A stretch of 64,000 nucleotides of DNA from Mobula hypostoma (Eukaryota). Made by a program: the position numbers and the translations under genes. The stretch's first letter is position 1. The number at the start of each line of letters is the position of its first letter. The notes under the pieces were generated by a model. It had not been told where the DNA came from. It did not search any database and saw nothing but the letters and a program-made list of their open reading frames with translations. This document shows, piece after piece, positions 25,893-38,333 of this stretch. The DNA lies in NCBI RefSeq assembly GCF_963921235.1, contig NC_086097.1:123878001-123942000 (forward strand), in the 5' to 3' direction.

Positions 25893-27577
25893 CTGTGGGA
25901 AAGGAAAGATTAAAGATTTGCCGTATTTGTCACATGTACATCGAAACATAGAGTTTGCATCAAATCAAATCAATGAGGATGGTGCTGGGGGCAGCCCGCA
26001 AATGTCACCAACAGAGATTGCCCCTCGCATAACCTGTGCATCTTTGAAATGTGGGAGGAAACTGGAGCACCTGGAGGAAATCCACATGGTCACAGGTAGA
26101 ACATGCAAACTCCTTACGGACAGTGGCAGGAATTGGAGCCCGATCAGTGACCACTGGTGTTGTAAAGTGATTGCGCTAACCTCTATGCTACAATGTCACC
26201 CTTTTTAAATGTTCTAACTTTTGTCAGCGGCACTGTTAATACAAACTATTTATATCAGAATTAATAATAGATATTATACAGTAAATACATCAAAATAAAT
26301 TAAAAAGTGCTACTAATGTATTTACAACAGAATAGCATTTTAGTTATAATCATAGTGTCAAGATTCATGTGTACTTATCGCATACACATTGAAACATGCA
26401 GGGAAATGTGTAGCGATGGTTTTGGGGACAATGTGGGGATTTAGGGTTCTGGTTAAGGGACAGGGATGAGGGACAGTTAGGTGTCAGGGGATAGTGAATG
26501 AACAGCCAGCAGCAGGAGCTGATGTTTGGGTCAAACTCTAGCCACAGTTCAATGTCACAGCTGCCTCATGTACCCTCACTGGTCCAAAATCCTGCCGCCT
26601 CCTCCCTCATCAGACCTCAAGTTTACCATTGCCATACAGATACATACAGCAGGTACAAGTTCCATGAGCATTAGTTTCTTGCAGCAACAGTTTAGTCCAT
26701 TACAAGCATAACAAACAGAAGTTAATATTAACATAAATTATACATAGCTTGCATGATAAATACAGAGAATGGCACCAGTGCAAGCTGAGAGAGAAAAGAA
26801 ATATAGTCTGAGGTAGCGTTAGGGTTAGTCAATTCAAGAACCTGGAGTCAGTGGCGAAGAAGCTGTTGTTGAAAACTGAGGTATGGGTCTTCAGGATCCT
26901 GTACTACCTGCCTGATGGCAGCATCGAGAAGAGGGCATGGTGTGGATAGTAGTTGTCCGTGCTGATGGATGTTGCCTCCCTGAGCCATTGCCTCTTTAGA
27001 TGTCCTCAATCACCTCCACCAACTCTATCCTGGACACAACTTGTCGATGACTTGAGGCCTTCACTTAACCTTGAGGGTTCTGATTCCTTCCCATCCCAGC
27101 TGACTGGTGCTCTGATGTGTCATCCTCTCAGTTCTTGCACCAACAAGCACTGACTGCCCTGCTCTTTGACGTACAACTGATCAGTTTTACTTGGCATGCT
27201 TATTGATGGCATAATTCTGGCTGGCAGACAATTCCAATGCCATGGCTTTTCCAAAGTGGTGATCTGAGAGTAGATTAAAAGGTTGGCAAAACATTATGGT
27301 CTACAGGGTTTATACAGTGCTGTATTCTATGGTCGATGTTCTATAAAACTTCTCAAATAGTTTGCATGTAATCCACTGGGCAGATGGGATTTACATCAGG
27401 ATGAGCAGGAAGATGTCTTGATCTTGTACAATGTTGTTCCAAATTAGCTAAAGTTATGTTTTCCCTATATAAAAGGACGGTTAGCACAAAATTCTGAAAC
27501 CCACATAGAAAATATTACATTGTACAGCTTTCCTTTGTGGTTGTCCCTTCATCATGGAAAGAGTCATGTACACTTAC

Positions 27578-27753
27578 CCTGCTAAATTCTCTCTCAGGTA
27601 CTCCTGGAAGTTCTCAAGTAGCAAGCGATTCCGAACCAGTCCTTCAAATGTGTAATCACGGAATTCCTCAGGAACCATCTGCCAAATGCTTGAACTTTTA
27701 AGATCCTCTGGAGATTCCATGTGACTTGCTGAACGGACTGGAGAAGGGAAGTC
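27578..27753 (-). CDS. RGS22: RGS22 coding exon, phase 0-2
   Basis: CCTAG/GTAAGT, 176 nt, DFPSPVRSASHMESPEDLKSSSIWQMVPEEFRDYTFEGLVRNRLLLENFQEYLRENLA(G). Confidence 0.9.
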
Positions 27754-28242
27754 CTAGGACAAGGAATAACAAGGTTAAACTGGCGGATACAGCCAGTGAC
27801 CGAAAACAACAAAACTCTTGTAAAGTTCCTGGCATATCTGCAACAAATTGTCAGTCTGAATCTTTTATGTCATAACTTGGATTATGTAACCCTCTGGACA
27901 GAAGTTGTGGCTGAAAGAAAACGTGGGAATAATTTGCTGGAATCACCAAGCTCAGAAGGGGAATATTTGACATTTTCATCAGCACGGCAATGCGCTGGGG
28001 TAAGCCACATTCAAAATACATTCACTGATCACGTGGAATTGAACAATTTTGTTTTCATGTTGTTGTAACTGGGCCCAAAAGGTTTTCCCTGGGATGATGT
28101 TTAATATGTAGAAGCGATGGTGTTTCAGTTTCTGTATAAACCTTTGTTGGACATGTGGTGGTTCAGATGTAGGCAATTTTGAGGTGAATAAAGAATCACT
28201 CAGTAGTAGAATCATGTGGCATGGTTCTCATTGGCTAGAAAG

Positions 28243-28460
28243 ATACACTCAGCGGCCACTTTATTAGGTACACCTGTACGCCCGTTAATGCAATATCTAA
28301 TCAGTCAATCACATGGCAACAACTCAATGCATAAAAGCATGCAGACATGGTCAAGAGGTTCAGTTGTTGTTTGGTCTGAACAACTGAACCTCTTGACCAT
28401 GTGTATGGGCCACAGCAGCAGAAGACCACAAGCATATAGTCAGTGACCACTTTATAAGGT
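28243..28460 (+). mobile_element. Tc1-derived MITE fragment
   Basis: Starts tacactcagcggccactttattaggtacacct. Confidence 0.65.
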
Positions 28461-29327
28461 AGAGGATGACTACCGAGTGTCATTCAAGGGAAAGTTCACC
28501 CTGACTTCATCTTGGTTGACTCCTACACATTTTGGATTAGGAATTTTCTTGTTTGTCTCTTTAGGCAAAAGACAGATTTAGGTCTGGGACAAGTTGGGTC
28601 TCTTGAGATGTAATTCTTGCAGCTCGGATAATTAGGACATCTGTACTGTCGTCAGTCTGGCTCATCCATAAATAGTTAATTCAACATATTGCAACCATAG
28701 GTTCACGGTGAACCTAATTGTCTACAAACATGAGCAGGCAGCATTAGTCCTTGCTGTAGCTCTGGCATCCTGCAGACTGATTACTACGTCTGACATTGTG
28801 TGGGACAGCATGGAATCAGGCAAAACACAATAGGCCACTCTTGAGTCCGACTGTTATTGAAGCCACTGTAATGGAAGAGCTATGCTATGAAGTTGTACAA
28901 CTCTGTTGCTAACTCTCATTTGGAAGTTCCACTTGCAAAACCCTTGTCCAAGGTGAGGCAAGGATGGTGTGTCACTTGCTGCCAGGAGCCCAAATAGTGC
29001 CAGGTACAGACCAATGCATCTGGTGTAATTTCAACAACCAAAGCTTGCCTTTATAAATACCATTATGTAATGCTTTCTAATTCCAGTTTCTACCTCCTCT
29101 CAACCCAAATAAAGCAGAAGTCTTGGCCTGAAGCTTGCGGAGAGCAGATCACCATTCACACACGGTGAAGTGCACGATAGCTTCTACCTTAACCCCTATG
29201 CAAACAATGATGTAATCTTGCAGAGGTTTAACAAGGCAGCAAACCCTTTTACATGCGTGAGACCAAAATAAACCCCAACAGTCAATAAAGCCTTTATCTC
29301 CGTATCTGGAGACAAGAGACCTGTCCT

Positions 29328-29370
29328 CTGTGTGTGTGTGTGTGTGTGTGTATGTGTGTGTGTGTGTGTT
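29328..29370. repeat. (GT)n microsatellite
   Basis: About 20 GT units with one interruption. Confidence 0.95.
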
Positions 29371-30284
29371 CTGTGTTGTTCTGCCAAACATTGTGATCAT
29401 ACTATGTTGGCTCCAGAATGTGTAGCTGCCCGTAGCACATACTTGGGTTGTGCTGGTTGTTCATACAAATGACGCATTTCACTATTGTCTTCAATTTACA
29501 TGTGATAAATAAATCTGAAGTTAAAATCTGAATCTTCAGTTGCCTTAATTGTCAAGTGTATTAATGATCAAATTTATTGAACCTCTGACATTCAGAGACG
29601 TACAAGAACTATTAACCATTAGTAATGTTAGATCTTAATTCATCTAAACAGAAAAAAAATATAAAAGAAATCAAAACAATTTTGGAAAAGCCGACAAAAA
29701 GTGGTAGATACAGCCCAGTCCGTCACAGGAAAAGGTCTCCTCACCATTGAGCACACCTACAAGCAGATCTACAAAAGACCTTAATACTCCCAGTCACAGC
29801 TTCTGGTTACCTTAATTTTAGTCAGTCACAACACTTGTAACAGATTAAAACTTCAGCCTTAAGAACACCAGTGCACTCTAAATACTGAGCCTGTGGTTGG
29901 CACAGATTAGCGCTCTGGTCTCGTTCAGGTTCAAGTTCAGGAACAGTTATTACCCTTCAATAATCAGGCTCCTGAACCAGTGTGGGTAACTTCACTTATC
30001 TCAACACTGAACTGATTCTACAACCTGAAGACTGACTTTAAAGGACTCAGTATTATTTGTTTATTAAATATTATCCTACAACAATCAGGCCCATGAAGTT
30101 CAAGTTCAAATTCAAGTTTAATTCAACTATACATGAGTACCCATGAATACAGCCAAACAAAACAGTGTTACTCTGGGGCCAAGATGCAAAACACAGTACC
30201 AATAGTCATACACAGCACAAGGTACACATAGCACACATAAGATAGAAGTGTCCTTCTAGCTCTGACTCCTCATCTTTTTATCTC

Positions 30285-30322
30285 CAGTCCTGATGAAGGG
30301 TCTCGGCTCGAAACATCGACTG
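30285..30322 (+). ncRNA. Minimal type I hammerhead ribozyme motif in a Penelope-like terminal repeat
   Basis: CAGTC-CTGATGA-AGGGTCTCGGCTC-GAA-ACAT-C-GACTG. Conserved core and stem I CAGTC/GACTG. Confidence 0.65.
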
Positions 30323-30424
30323 TACTCTTTTGCATAGATGCTGCCTGGCCTGCTGAGTTCCTCCAGCATTTTGTGTGTGTGTTGCTTGGATTTCCAGCAC
30401 CTGCAGATTTTCTCTTCTTCGCGA

Positions 30425-30901
30425 TTTAAGTGACATTGATTGTGGAATGATTGTTTATTCCAGGTGAGCTGATTTGAGTGTCTCAGAACAGCTGATCTCC
30501 TGGGGTTTTCATGTGCACAGTCTCGATAGCAGGGGTTCCCAACATGGGGTCCACGGACCCCTCAGTTAACGGTAGGGGTCAATGGGATAAAAAAGGTTGG
30601 GAGTTTACAGAGCACGGTGTGAGAAACAAAAAAATATCCAGTGGGTGACAGTTCTGAGGGTGTAACCACCTTGTTAATCAGAGAGCTCAGAGGAGAATGG
30701 CCGGACTGATTCAAGCTGACAGAAAGTGACAGTAACTCAGCTAACCACACATTACAACAGTGGTGTGCAGAACAGCATCTCTGAGTACACAACATGTTGA
30801 ACCTTAAAGTGGATGGGCTATAGCAACAGAAGACCACGGACATACACTGAGTAGCCACTTTAAGTACTCGAGATACCTTATAAAGTGGCCACTGAGGGTA
30901 T
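30425..30901 (+). mobile_element. Tc1-derived element carrying a small hAT-like MITE (30530-30602)
   Basis: Transposase N-terminal remnant and terminal taaagtggccactgag. The insert begins caggggttcccaac and ends ggttggga. Confidence 0.65.
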
Positions 30902-31199
30902 CTTAGTGATAGTAAATCTGATTCTGGTTATCTGAAACACGTATCTTGAGCTGCTATGGATTCCGGATGAATGTCAGAAGTACAAAACTGGAGAAAGCCA
31001 TTTTGGCTCTTGTACCCTCTCCACTATTCATGGCTGTATTCCTACCTTAGCACCACTTTCATGCAATAACCCCATTCGTTAACAAAATCAGTCCTTGGTA
31101 CCTCTGGGTTTATTACTGCCTACAAAATGCCTGAATCTGGGCATTCTTGCAAGCACAGTATGCTATTTTTTCACAGAAAATATTAATGATAATTAATAA

Positions 31200-32010
31200 C
31201 AATATAATGTTGTGGCTTTATAAGGCATTGGCCAGACCACACTTGCGGTACTCTGAGCAATCTTGGGTCCAATTATCTGAGAAAATGTGCTGACATTGGC
31301 AAAGGTCCAGTGGAAGTTCAGGAGAATGATCCTGGGCATGAAAGGGTTCATGTATGAGGAGTGTTTGATGGCTCTGGGCCTGTGCTTGGTGGAGTTTAGA
31401 AAAATGAGGGGGAATCTCATTGAAACCTATCAAATACCAAAAGGCCTAGATAGAGTGGGTATATCTTATAGAGGGGAAATTTGGAGCCAGAGGGCACAGC
31501 CTCAGAATAGGGTAGCGAATCTATGGAATTAATTTCCATAGATGGATGTGGAGACTAAGTCATTGGGTATATTTAAAGTGGAGGTTGGTAAGTTCTTGAT
31601 TAGTCAGGGCGTCAAAGGTTATAGGGAGAAGGCAAGAGAATGGGGTTGAGAGGGATAATATGATAGAATGTTGAAGCAGATTTAGAAACATAGAAAACCT
31701 ACAGCACAATACAGGCCCTTCAGCTGTGCCGAACATGTCCTTACCTTAGAACTGCCTAGGCTTACCCATAGCCCTCTATTTTTCTAAGCTCCATTTATCC
31801 ATCCAGGGGTCTCTTAAAAGACTGTATCGTATCTGCCTCCACCACCACTGCCGGCAGCCCATTCCACATACTCAGCACTGTCTGAATAAAACAACTTACC
31901 CCTGACATCTCTTCTGTGCAGCTTCCAAGCACCTTAAAACTGTGCCCCCTCATGCTAGATTTGATGGGTTGAATGGCCTAATTCTGCTTCTAGGTCTTAT
32001 GATCTTACGA
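31200..32010 (+). mobile_element. CR1 3' fragment with a second minus-strand CR1 3' end inserted (approx. 31683-31957)
   Basis: CLVEFRKMRGNLIETY remnant; the insert starts with the tagaaacatagaaa tail. Confidence 0.8.
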
Positions 32011-33029
32011 CACTTATTCATGAACAATCAGGAAGAACCCTAATGTCCCCAAAGAGAAAATTCTTACAGCATTTTCTCTTTCTATTAAATATTTTTATAT
32101 ATTAAAGAAAGAAGTCAAAGGAGACAGTAGGGATACTGGAGGAGCCCGGTGTGTCAGAGAAGCTGGCTTTGGTTACTGAGGAGCTGATCTGGCTGCAGAC
32201 CATGTTGCTGCCTGCTATCTCAGAAGCATCGAAGTTGGTGCAGTATAACTGTGGGAGATTGTCTCAGACATTTCAATTGCAATCGCAAGACTCTGTTGGA
32301 CAGTGATAATGCAAGTTGCCGCAGGCCTGTTACCCTTGTCTGGTGGAAGGGACAGACGAGATGGGAGCTGTTCTCGGTTATAGCGAGGACTAGACCTCAA
32401 GCCTTGGGTGGGCTTGCTTGCTGCTGCAGACAGGTGAGAGACATGGAAGCGCTACAGCATAGTGTCCGTGCTCGGCTGGATCCTGACCTCTCCTGTAGGT
32501 GCTGCCCTCCCATGTTCAAGTGGTGGAATGACAGGCTGGATTACACACAGCTGGGAGACTGTACCATCAAATCCCAGACATTGTTGCTCAGGGTCTTGCT
32601 ATATATATGATTTTTTTTCAAGTGAACATGATTCATTGCTCATTATTTTGAATTATGTTACTCGCTATTTTGAAGTTTGCTTGCTATTTTGAATGTTTTG
32701 TTCCCTTGGGGGCCAAGGTGCACTGTTTCATTCAGCTGTATCTATGTATGCTCTGAATGATAAATAAACTTGATTTGATTTAGCTTCTGGCACTATCTAG
32801 TTTAAAAAGCTATGCATTAAAAAAGTAAAATAGTGTTTTGTATTAGAAACAATTCAAAGCATTCATTGCCAATAATATCCCAGCTTTAGATGATGAGAAA
32901 GACAACCCACACGTTATTCACCAGAAACTATTTGGGATTGAAAGATAATTACTTCTATTGCTTTTTGCTTCTGTTCAGAAATAAGGAGCAAATTGCTTTC
33001 ACAGAAATGGTGTAAATGCTCAGAATACA

Positions 33030-33752
33030 ATATTAATGGTAAGACTCCTGGCAGTGTGGAGGATCAGAGGGGTCTTGGGCTCTGAGTCCATAGGGCACTC
33101 AAAGCTGCTGCACAGGTTGACTCTGTGGTTAAGAAGGCAAACGGTGCATTGGCCTTCATCAACCATGGAATTGAGTTCAAGAGCGGAGAGGTAATGTTAC
33201 AGCTGTTTAGAACCATGGTCAGACCCCACTTGGAGTACTGTGCTCAATTCTGATCACCTGACTACAGGAAGGATGTGGAAACTATAGAAAGAGTGCAGAG
33301 GAGATTTACAAGGATGTTGCCTGGATTGGGGAGCATGCTTTACAAGAATAGGTTGAGTGAACTTGGCCTTTTCTCCTTGGAGCAACGGAGGATGTGAGGT
33401 GACCTGATAGAGGTGTATAAGATAATGAGAGGCATTGATCATGTTGATAGTCAGATGCTTTTTCCCAGGGCTGAAATGGCTAACATGAGAGGGCACAGTT
33501 TTAAGGTGCTTGGAAGTAGGTACAGAGGGGATGTCAGGGGTAAGTTTTTTACACAGAGTGGTGAGTGCGTGGAATGGGCTGCTGATGACTGTAGTGGAGG
33601 CAGATACAAATGGGTCTTCTAAGAGACTCCTGGATAGGTACATGGAGCTTAGAAAAATAGAGGGCTATGGATAACCCTAGATAATTTCTAAAGTATTGTC
33701 GGCCGAAGGGCCTGTTTTGTGCTGTAGGTTGTCTATGTTTCTATGCTTCTAG
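33030..33752 (+). mobile_element. CR1 LINE 3' fragment
   Basis: VRPHLEYC..DLIEVYKIMRGID..RGHSFK remnant with (tctatgtt) tail. Confidence 0.9.
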
Positions 33753-33879
33753 GTCAGTAAGTATCTGTGAAGAACGAAAAGTTTCAAGTCATTAACTTCC
33801 ATTGGTGAATATATCTGGAACTTTCCATATTTACTTCTGAATTCTAGCACCTTCAGGGTTTTGCTTATGATTTAATTAC

Positions 33880-33966
33880 CTTGTGGGGGAAATGTCTCCT
33901 CTGCAAGGCCCGAAGTTTTTTGAAATATTTTGAATCTAAATGCCGAGTCTCTCTTATTATGTCCAC
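33880..33966 (-). CDS. RGS22: RGS22 coding exon, phase 0-0
   Basis: TTATAG/GTAATT, 87 nt, VDIIRETRHLDSKYFKKLRALQRRHFPHK (cf. recalled ETRQLDSTYFRKLQAL). Confidence 0.92.
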
Positions 33967-34879
33967 CTATAAGATAAAGGAGCTTCACTTAATATCAATG
34001 ATTACTGCAACAGTAACAGCAGATCTATAGGATGAGAGAGTCAATAAGCTCCTGGCTGATCTGAACTCGATCTTGAGCTCACTTTCCTGCCTATCCTCGG
34101 GGACCTTGATTCCTCACTGGCCAAGTCCATCCACTGTATGTTTACCTCAATATAATCAGCTCTCCAGGATGGAGAATTCCAAAGAGTTATAACCATAAAA
34201 AGGGAGATTGTCCTTACCTCCACCTTAAATGACTGATTCTATATTCTAAGTAAGAGACTCAAAGAAAGAATCAGAATTGGGTTTATTATCTCTGACATAC
34301 AGTATGTTTCGCAGAAGGTTGTAAGTTCAGTAGACTCCATTACGGGCACTAACTTCCCCACTGTTGAGGACATCTTCAAAAGGCGATGCCTGACGTCATT
34401 ACGGTCTCCAGCACCCAGGACACACCCCCTTCTCATTACTATCGTCAGGGAGGAGGTACAGGAACCCAAAGGCATACACTCAACACTTCACTGGTGCTGC
34501 AGAGCAACAGATTCCATGACATATGTCAGTGGTAATTTGATTCTGAAATATGTTGCTTTCTGGCAGTACATAATGTATGATTAGTAAGGGCATCAAAGGT
34601 TCAGGGGAGAAGACTGGAGAATGGGGTTGAGAGGGATAATAAATCAGCCAGGATTGAATATCGAAGCAGTGGTCAGAGAAAGGGCAGTGTTCTGGCCCCT
34701 GCACACGTAGCACGCAGGTCCACTGGTATATGGACATGCCGTGGTGCTCACCAACTATATCGCCAGCGATCAGTAGATAGCCCCACTGCCTTGTGGGCAG
34801 CCTCGGGCGAGACTAAGTCTATGGGTGTAAATCTAGACAGCAAATCCAGAGTGGAGCCCCTAAGGTGGCTGGATATCAT

Positions 34880-35583
34880 TGACCAGTTAGCCTGATCTCA
34901 GTGGTTAGGAAGATATTGGAGTCAATTGTTAAGGATGAGGTTATGGAGTACTTGGTGACACAGGACAGATAGGACCAAGTCAGCATGGTCTCCTTAAAGG
35001 AAAATATTTTCTGACAAACCTGTTGGAATTCTTTCAGGAGATTACAAGTAAGATAGATAAAGGGGATGCAGTGTTTGTTGTATATTTGGACTTTCAGAAG
35101 GCCTTTGACAAGGTGCCACACATGAGGCTGTTTACCAAATTAAGGGCCCATAGTATTACAGGAAAATTACTGGCATGGTTAGACCATTGGCTGATTGGTA
35201 GGAGGCAGTGAATGGGGATAAAAGGATCTTTTTCTGGTTGGCTGCCAGTGACTAGTGGTTTTTTGCAGTGGTCAGTGTTGGGACTGCTTTTTTTAATGCT
35301 GCATGTCAATGATTCAGATGATGGAATGGCTGGCTTTGTTGCCAAGTTTGCAGATGATACAAAGATTGGTGGAGGGGCAGGTAGTGTTGAGGAAACAGGA
35401 AGGCTACAGAAAAACTTAGACAGATTAGGAGAATGGGCAAGATAGTGGCAAATAAAATACAATGTTGGAAAATGCATGGTCATGCACTTTGGTAGTAGAA
35501 ATAAATGTGTGGACTATTTCCTAAATGGGGAGAAAATCCAAAAAAAATCTGAGAAGCAAAGGGACCTGGGAGTCCTCATGCAG
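34880..35583 (+). mobile_element. CR1 LINE internal RT fragment, decayed
   Basis: VYLDFQKAFDKVPH and AKFADDTKIGG. Confidence 0.9.
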
Positions 35584-35879
35584 ATATTTTCTGCTTTCTG
35601 TTCCTTCTCCAGGACCTGGGCCTCAATACCCCCTTGTGCAACTGGATCCTAGATTTCCTCTCTCGTAGACCCTAGTCAGTTCAGATCGGCAGAAAGATCT
35701 CCTCCACAATCTCCTTCAGCCCAGGGAGAGGTCAGAGGAGAATGGCCAGATTGATTCAAGCTGACAGGAGGGAAACAGTAACTCAAATAATGTCTCATTA
35801 CAACAGTGGTATGCAGAAGAGCATCTCTAAATGCACAACATGTCAAACCTTCAAGTGGATGGGCTACAACACGGGAAGA

Positions 35880-38333
35880 CATAGAAACATAGAAACATAG
35901 AAAATAGGTGCAGGAGTAGGCCATTCGGCCCTTCGAGCCTGCACCGCCATTTATTATGATCATGGCTGATCATCCAACTCAGAACCCAGCCTTCCCTCCA
36001 TACCCCCTGACCCCTGTAGCCACAAGGGCCATATCTAACTTCCTTTTAAACATAGCTAATGAACTGGCCTCAACAGTTTGCTGTGGCAGAGAATTCCACA
36101 GATTCACCACTCTCTGTGTGAAGAAGTTTTTCCTAACCTCGGTCCTAAAAGGCTTCCCCTCTATCCTCAAACTGTGACCCCTCGTTCTAGACCTCCCCAA
36201 CATCGGGAACAATCTTCCTGCATCTAGCCTGTCCAATCCCTTTAGGATCTTATACGTTTCAATCAGATCCCCCCTCAATCTTCTAAATTCCAACGAGTAC
36301 AAGCCCAGTTCATCCAGTCTTTCTTCATATGAAAGACCTGCCATCCCAGGAATCAATCTGGTGAACCTTCTTTGTACTCCCTCTATGGCAAAGATGTCTT
36401 TCCTCAGATTAGGGGACCAAAACTGCACACAATACTCCAGGTGTGGTCTCACCAAGGCCTTGTACAACTGCAGTAGTACCTCCCTGCTCCTGTACTCGAA
36501 TCCTCTCGCTATAAATGCCAGCATACCGTTCGCCTTTTTCACCGCCTGCTGTACCTGCATGCCCACTTTCAATGACTGGTGTATAATGACACCCAGGTCT
36601 CGTTGCACCTCCCCTTTTCCTAATCGGCCACCATTCAGATAATAATCTGTTTTCCTATTTTTGCCACCAAAGTGGATAACTTCACATTTATCCACATTAA
36701 ATTGCATCTGCCATGAGTTTGCCCACTCACCCAACCTATCCAAGTCACCCTGCATCCTCTTAGCATCCTCCTCACTGCTAACACTGCCACCCAGCTTCGT
36801 GTCATCCGCAAACTTGGAGATGCTGCATTTAATTCCCTCATCCAAGTCATTAATATATATTGTAAACAACTGGGGTCCCAGCACTGAGCCTTGCGGTACC
36901 CCACTAGTCACCGCCTGCCATTCTGAAAAGGTCCCGTTTATTCCCACTCTTTGCTTCCTGTCTGCTAACCAATTCTCCACCCACACCAATACCTTACCCC
37001 CAATACCGTGTGCTTTAAGTTTGCACACTAATCTCCTATGTGGGACCTTGTCAAAAGCCTTTTGAAAATCCAAATATACCACATCCACTGGTTCTCCCCT
37101 ATCCACTCTACTAGTTACATCCTCAAAAAATTCTATGAGATTCGTCAGACATGATTTTCCTTTCACAAATCCATGCTGACTTTGTCCGATCATTTCACCG
37201 CTTTCCAAATGTGCTGTTATCACATCCTTGATAACTGACTCCAGCAGTTTCCCCACCACCGACGTTAGGCTAACCGGCCTATAATTCCCCGGTTTCTCTC
37301 TCCCTCCTTTTTTAAAAAGTGGGGTTACATTAGCCACCCTCCAATCCTCAGGAACTAGTCCAGAATCTAACGAGTTTTGAAAAATTATCACTAATGCATC
37401 CACTATTTCTTGGGCCACTTCCTTAAGCACTCTGGGATGCAGACCATCTGGCCCTGGGGATTTATCTGCCTTCAATCCCTTCAATTTACCTAACACCACT
37501 TCCCTACTAACATGTATTTCGCTCAGTTCCTCCATCTCACTGGACCCTCTGTCCCTTACTATTTCTGGAAGATTATTTATGTCCTCCTTAGTGAAGACAG
37601 AACCAAAGTAATTATTCAATTGGTCTGCCATGTCCTTGCTCCCCATAATCAATTCACCTGTTTCTGTTTGCAGGGGACCTACATTTGTCTTTATCAGTCT
37701 TTTCCTTTTTACATATCTATAAAAGCTTTTACAGTCCGTTTTTATGTTCTCTGCCAGTTTTCTCTCATAATCTTTTTTCCCCTTCCTAATTAAGCCCTTT
37801 GTCCTCCTCTGCTGAACTCTGAATTTCTCCCAGTCCTCAGGTGAGCCACTTTCTCTGGCTAATTTGTATGCTACTTCTTTGGAATTGATACTATCCCTAA
37901 TTTCTCTTGTCAGCCACGGGTGCACTACCTTCCTTGATTTATTCTTTTGCCAAACTGGGATGAACAATTGTTGTAGTTCATCCATGCAACCTTTAAATGC
38001 CTGCCATTGCATATCCACCGTCAATCCTTGAAGTGTCATTTGCCAGTCTATCTTAGCTAATTCATGTCTCATACCTTCAAAGTTACCCCTCTTTAAGTTC
38101 AGAACCTTTGTTTCTGAATTAACTACGTCACTCTCCATGTTAATGAAGAATTCCACCATATTATGGTCACTCTTACCCAAGGGGCCTCTCACGACAAGAT
38201 CGCTAATTAACCCTTCCTCATTGCTCAAAACCCAGTCCAGAATAGCCTGCTCTCTAGTCGGTTCCTCGACATGTTGGTTCAAAAAACCATCCCGCATACA
38301 TTCCAAGAAATCCTCTTCCTCAGCACCTTTACC
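35880..38333 (-). mobile_element. Young CR1 LINE, 5'-truncated in the endonuclease domain
   Basis: 775-aa uninterrupted ORF2 (35979-38306) and (tttctatg)n tail. Splits a Tc1-derived element (agac | cacaaac). Confidence 0.97.
35979..38306 (-). CDS. CR1 ORF2 (APE C-terminus plus reverse transcriptase), partial
   Basis: LGKSDH, KSPGPDG, NYRPVSLTS, YLDFQKAFD, GVPQGSVLGP and FADD. Confidence 0.9.
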   Translation of the reverse strand: MECMRDGFLNQHVEEPTREQAILDWVLSNEEGLISDLVVRGPLGKSDHNMVEFFINMESDVVNSETKVLNLKRGNFEGMRHELAKIDWQMTLQGLTVDMQWQAFKGCMDELQQLFIPVWQKNKSRKVVHPWLTREIRDSINSKEVAYKLARESGSPEDWEKFRVQQRRTKGLIRKGKKDYERKLAENIKTDCKSFYRYVKRKRLIKTNVGPLQTETGELIMGSKDMADQLNNYFGSVFTKEDINNLPEIVRDRGSSEMEELSEIHVSREVVLGKLKGLKADKSPGPDGLHPRVLKEVAQEIVDALVIIFQNSLDSGLVPEDWRVANVTPLFKKGGREKPGNYRPVSLTSVVGKLLESVIKDVITAHLESGEMIGQSQHGFVKGKSCLTNLIEFFEDVTSRVDRGEPVDVVYLDFQKAFDKVPHRRLVCKLKAHGIGGKVLVWVENWLADRKQRVGINGTFSEWQAVTSGVPQGSVLGPQLFTIYINDLDEGIKCSISKFADDTKLGGSVSSEEDAKRMQGDLDRLGEWANSWQMQFNVDKCEVIHFGGKNRKTDYYLNGGRLGKGEVQRDLGVIIHQSLKVGMQVQQAVKKANGMLAFIARGFEYRSREVLLQLYKALVRPHLEYCVQFWSPNLRKDIFAIEGVQRRFTRLIPGMAGLSYEERLDELGLYSLEFRRLRGDLIETYKILKGLDRLDAGRLFPMLGRSRTRGHSLRIEGKPFRTEVRKNFFTQRVVNLWNSLPQQTVEASSLAMFKRKLDMALVATGVRGYGGKAGF

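Noticed and set aside
36361..37065. Plus-strand ORFs of 93 and 134 aa (mirrored at 18565-19407)
   Set aside because: These are antisense shadows of the CR1 RT coding sequence.
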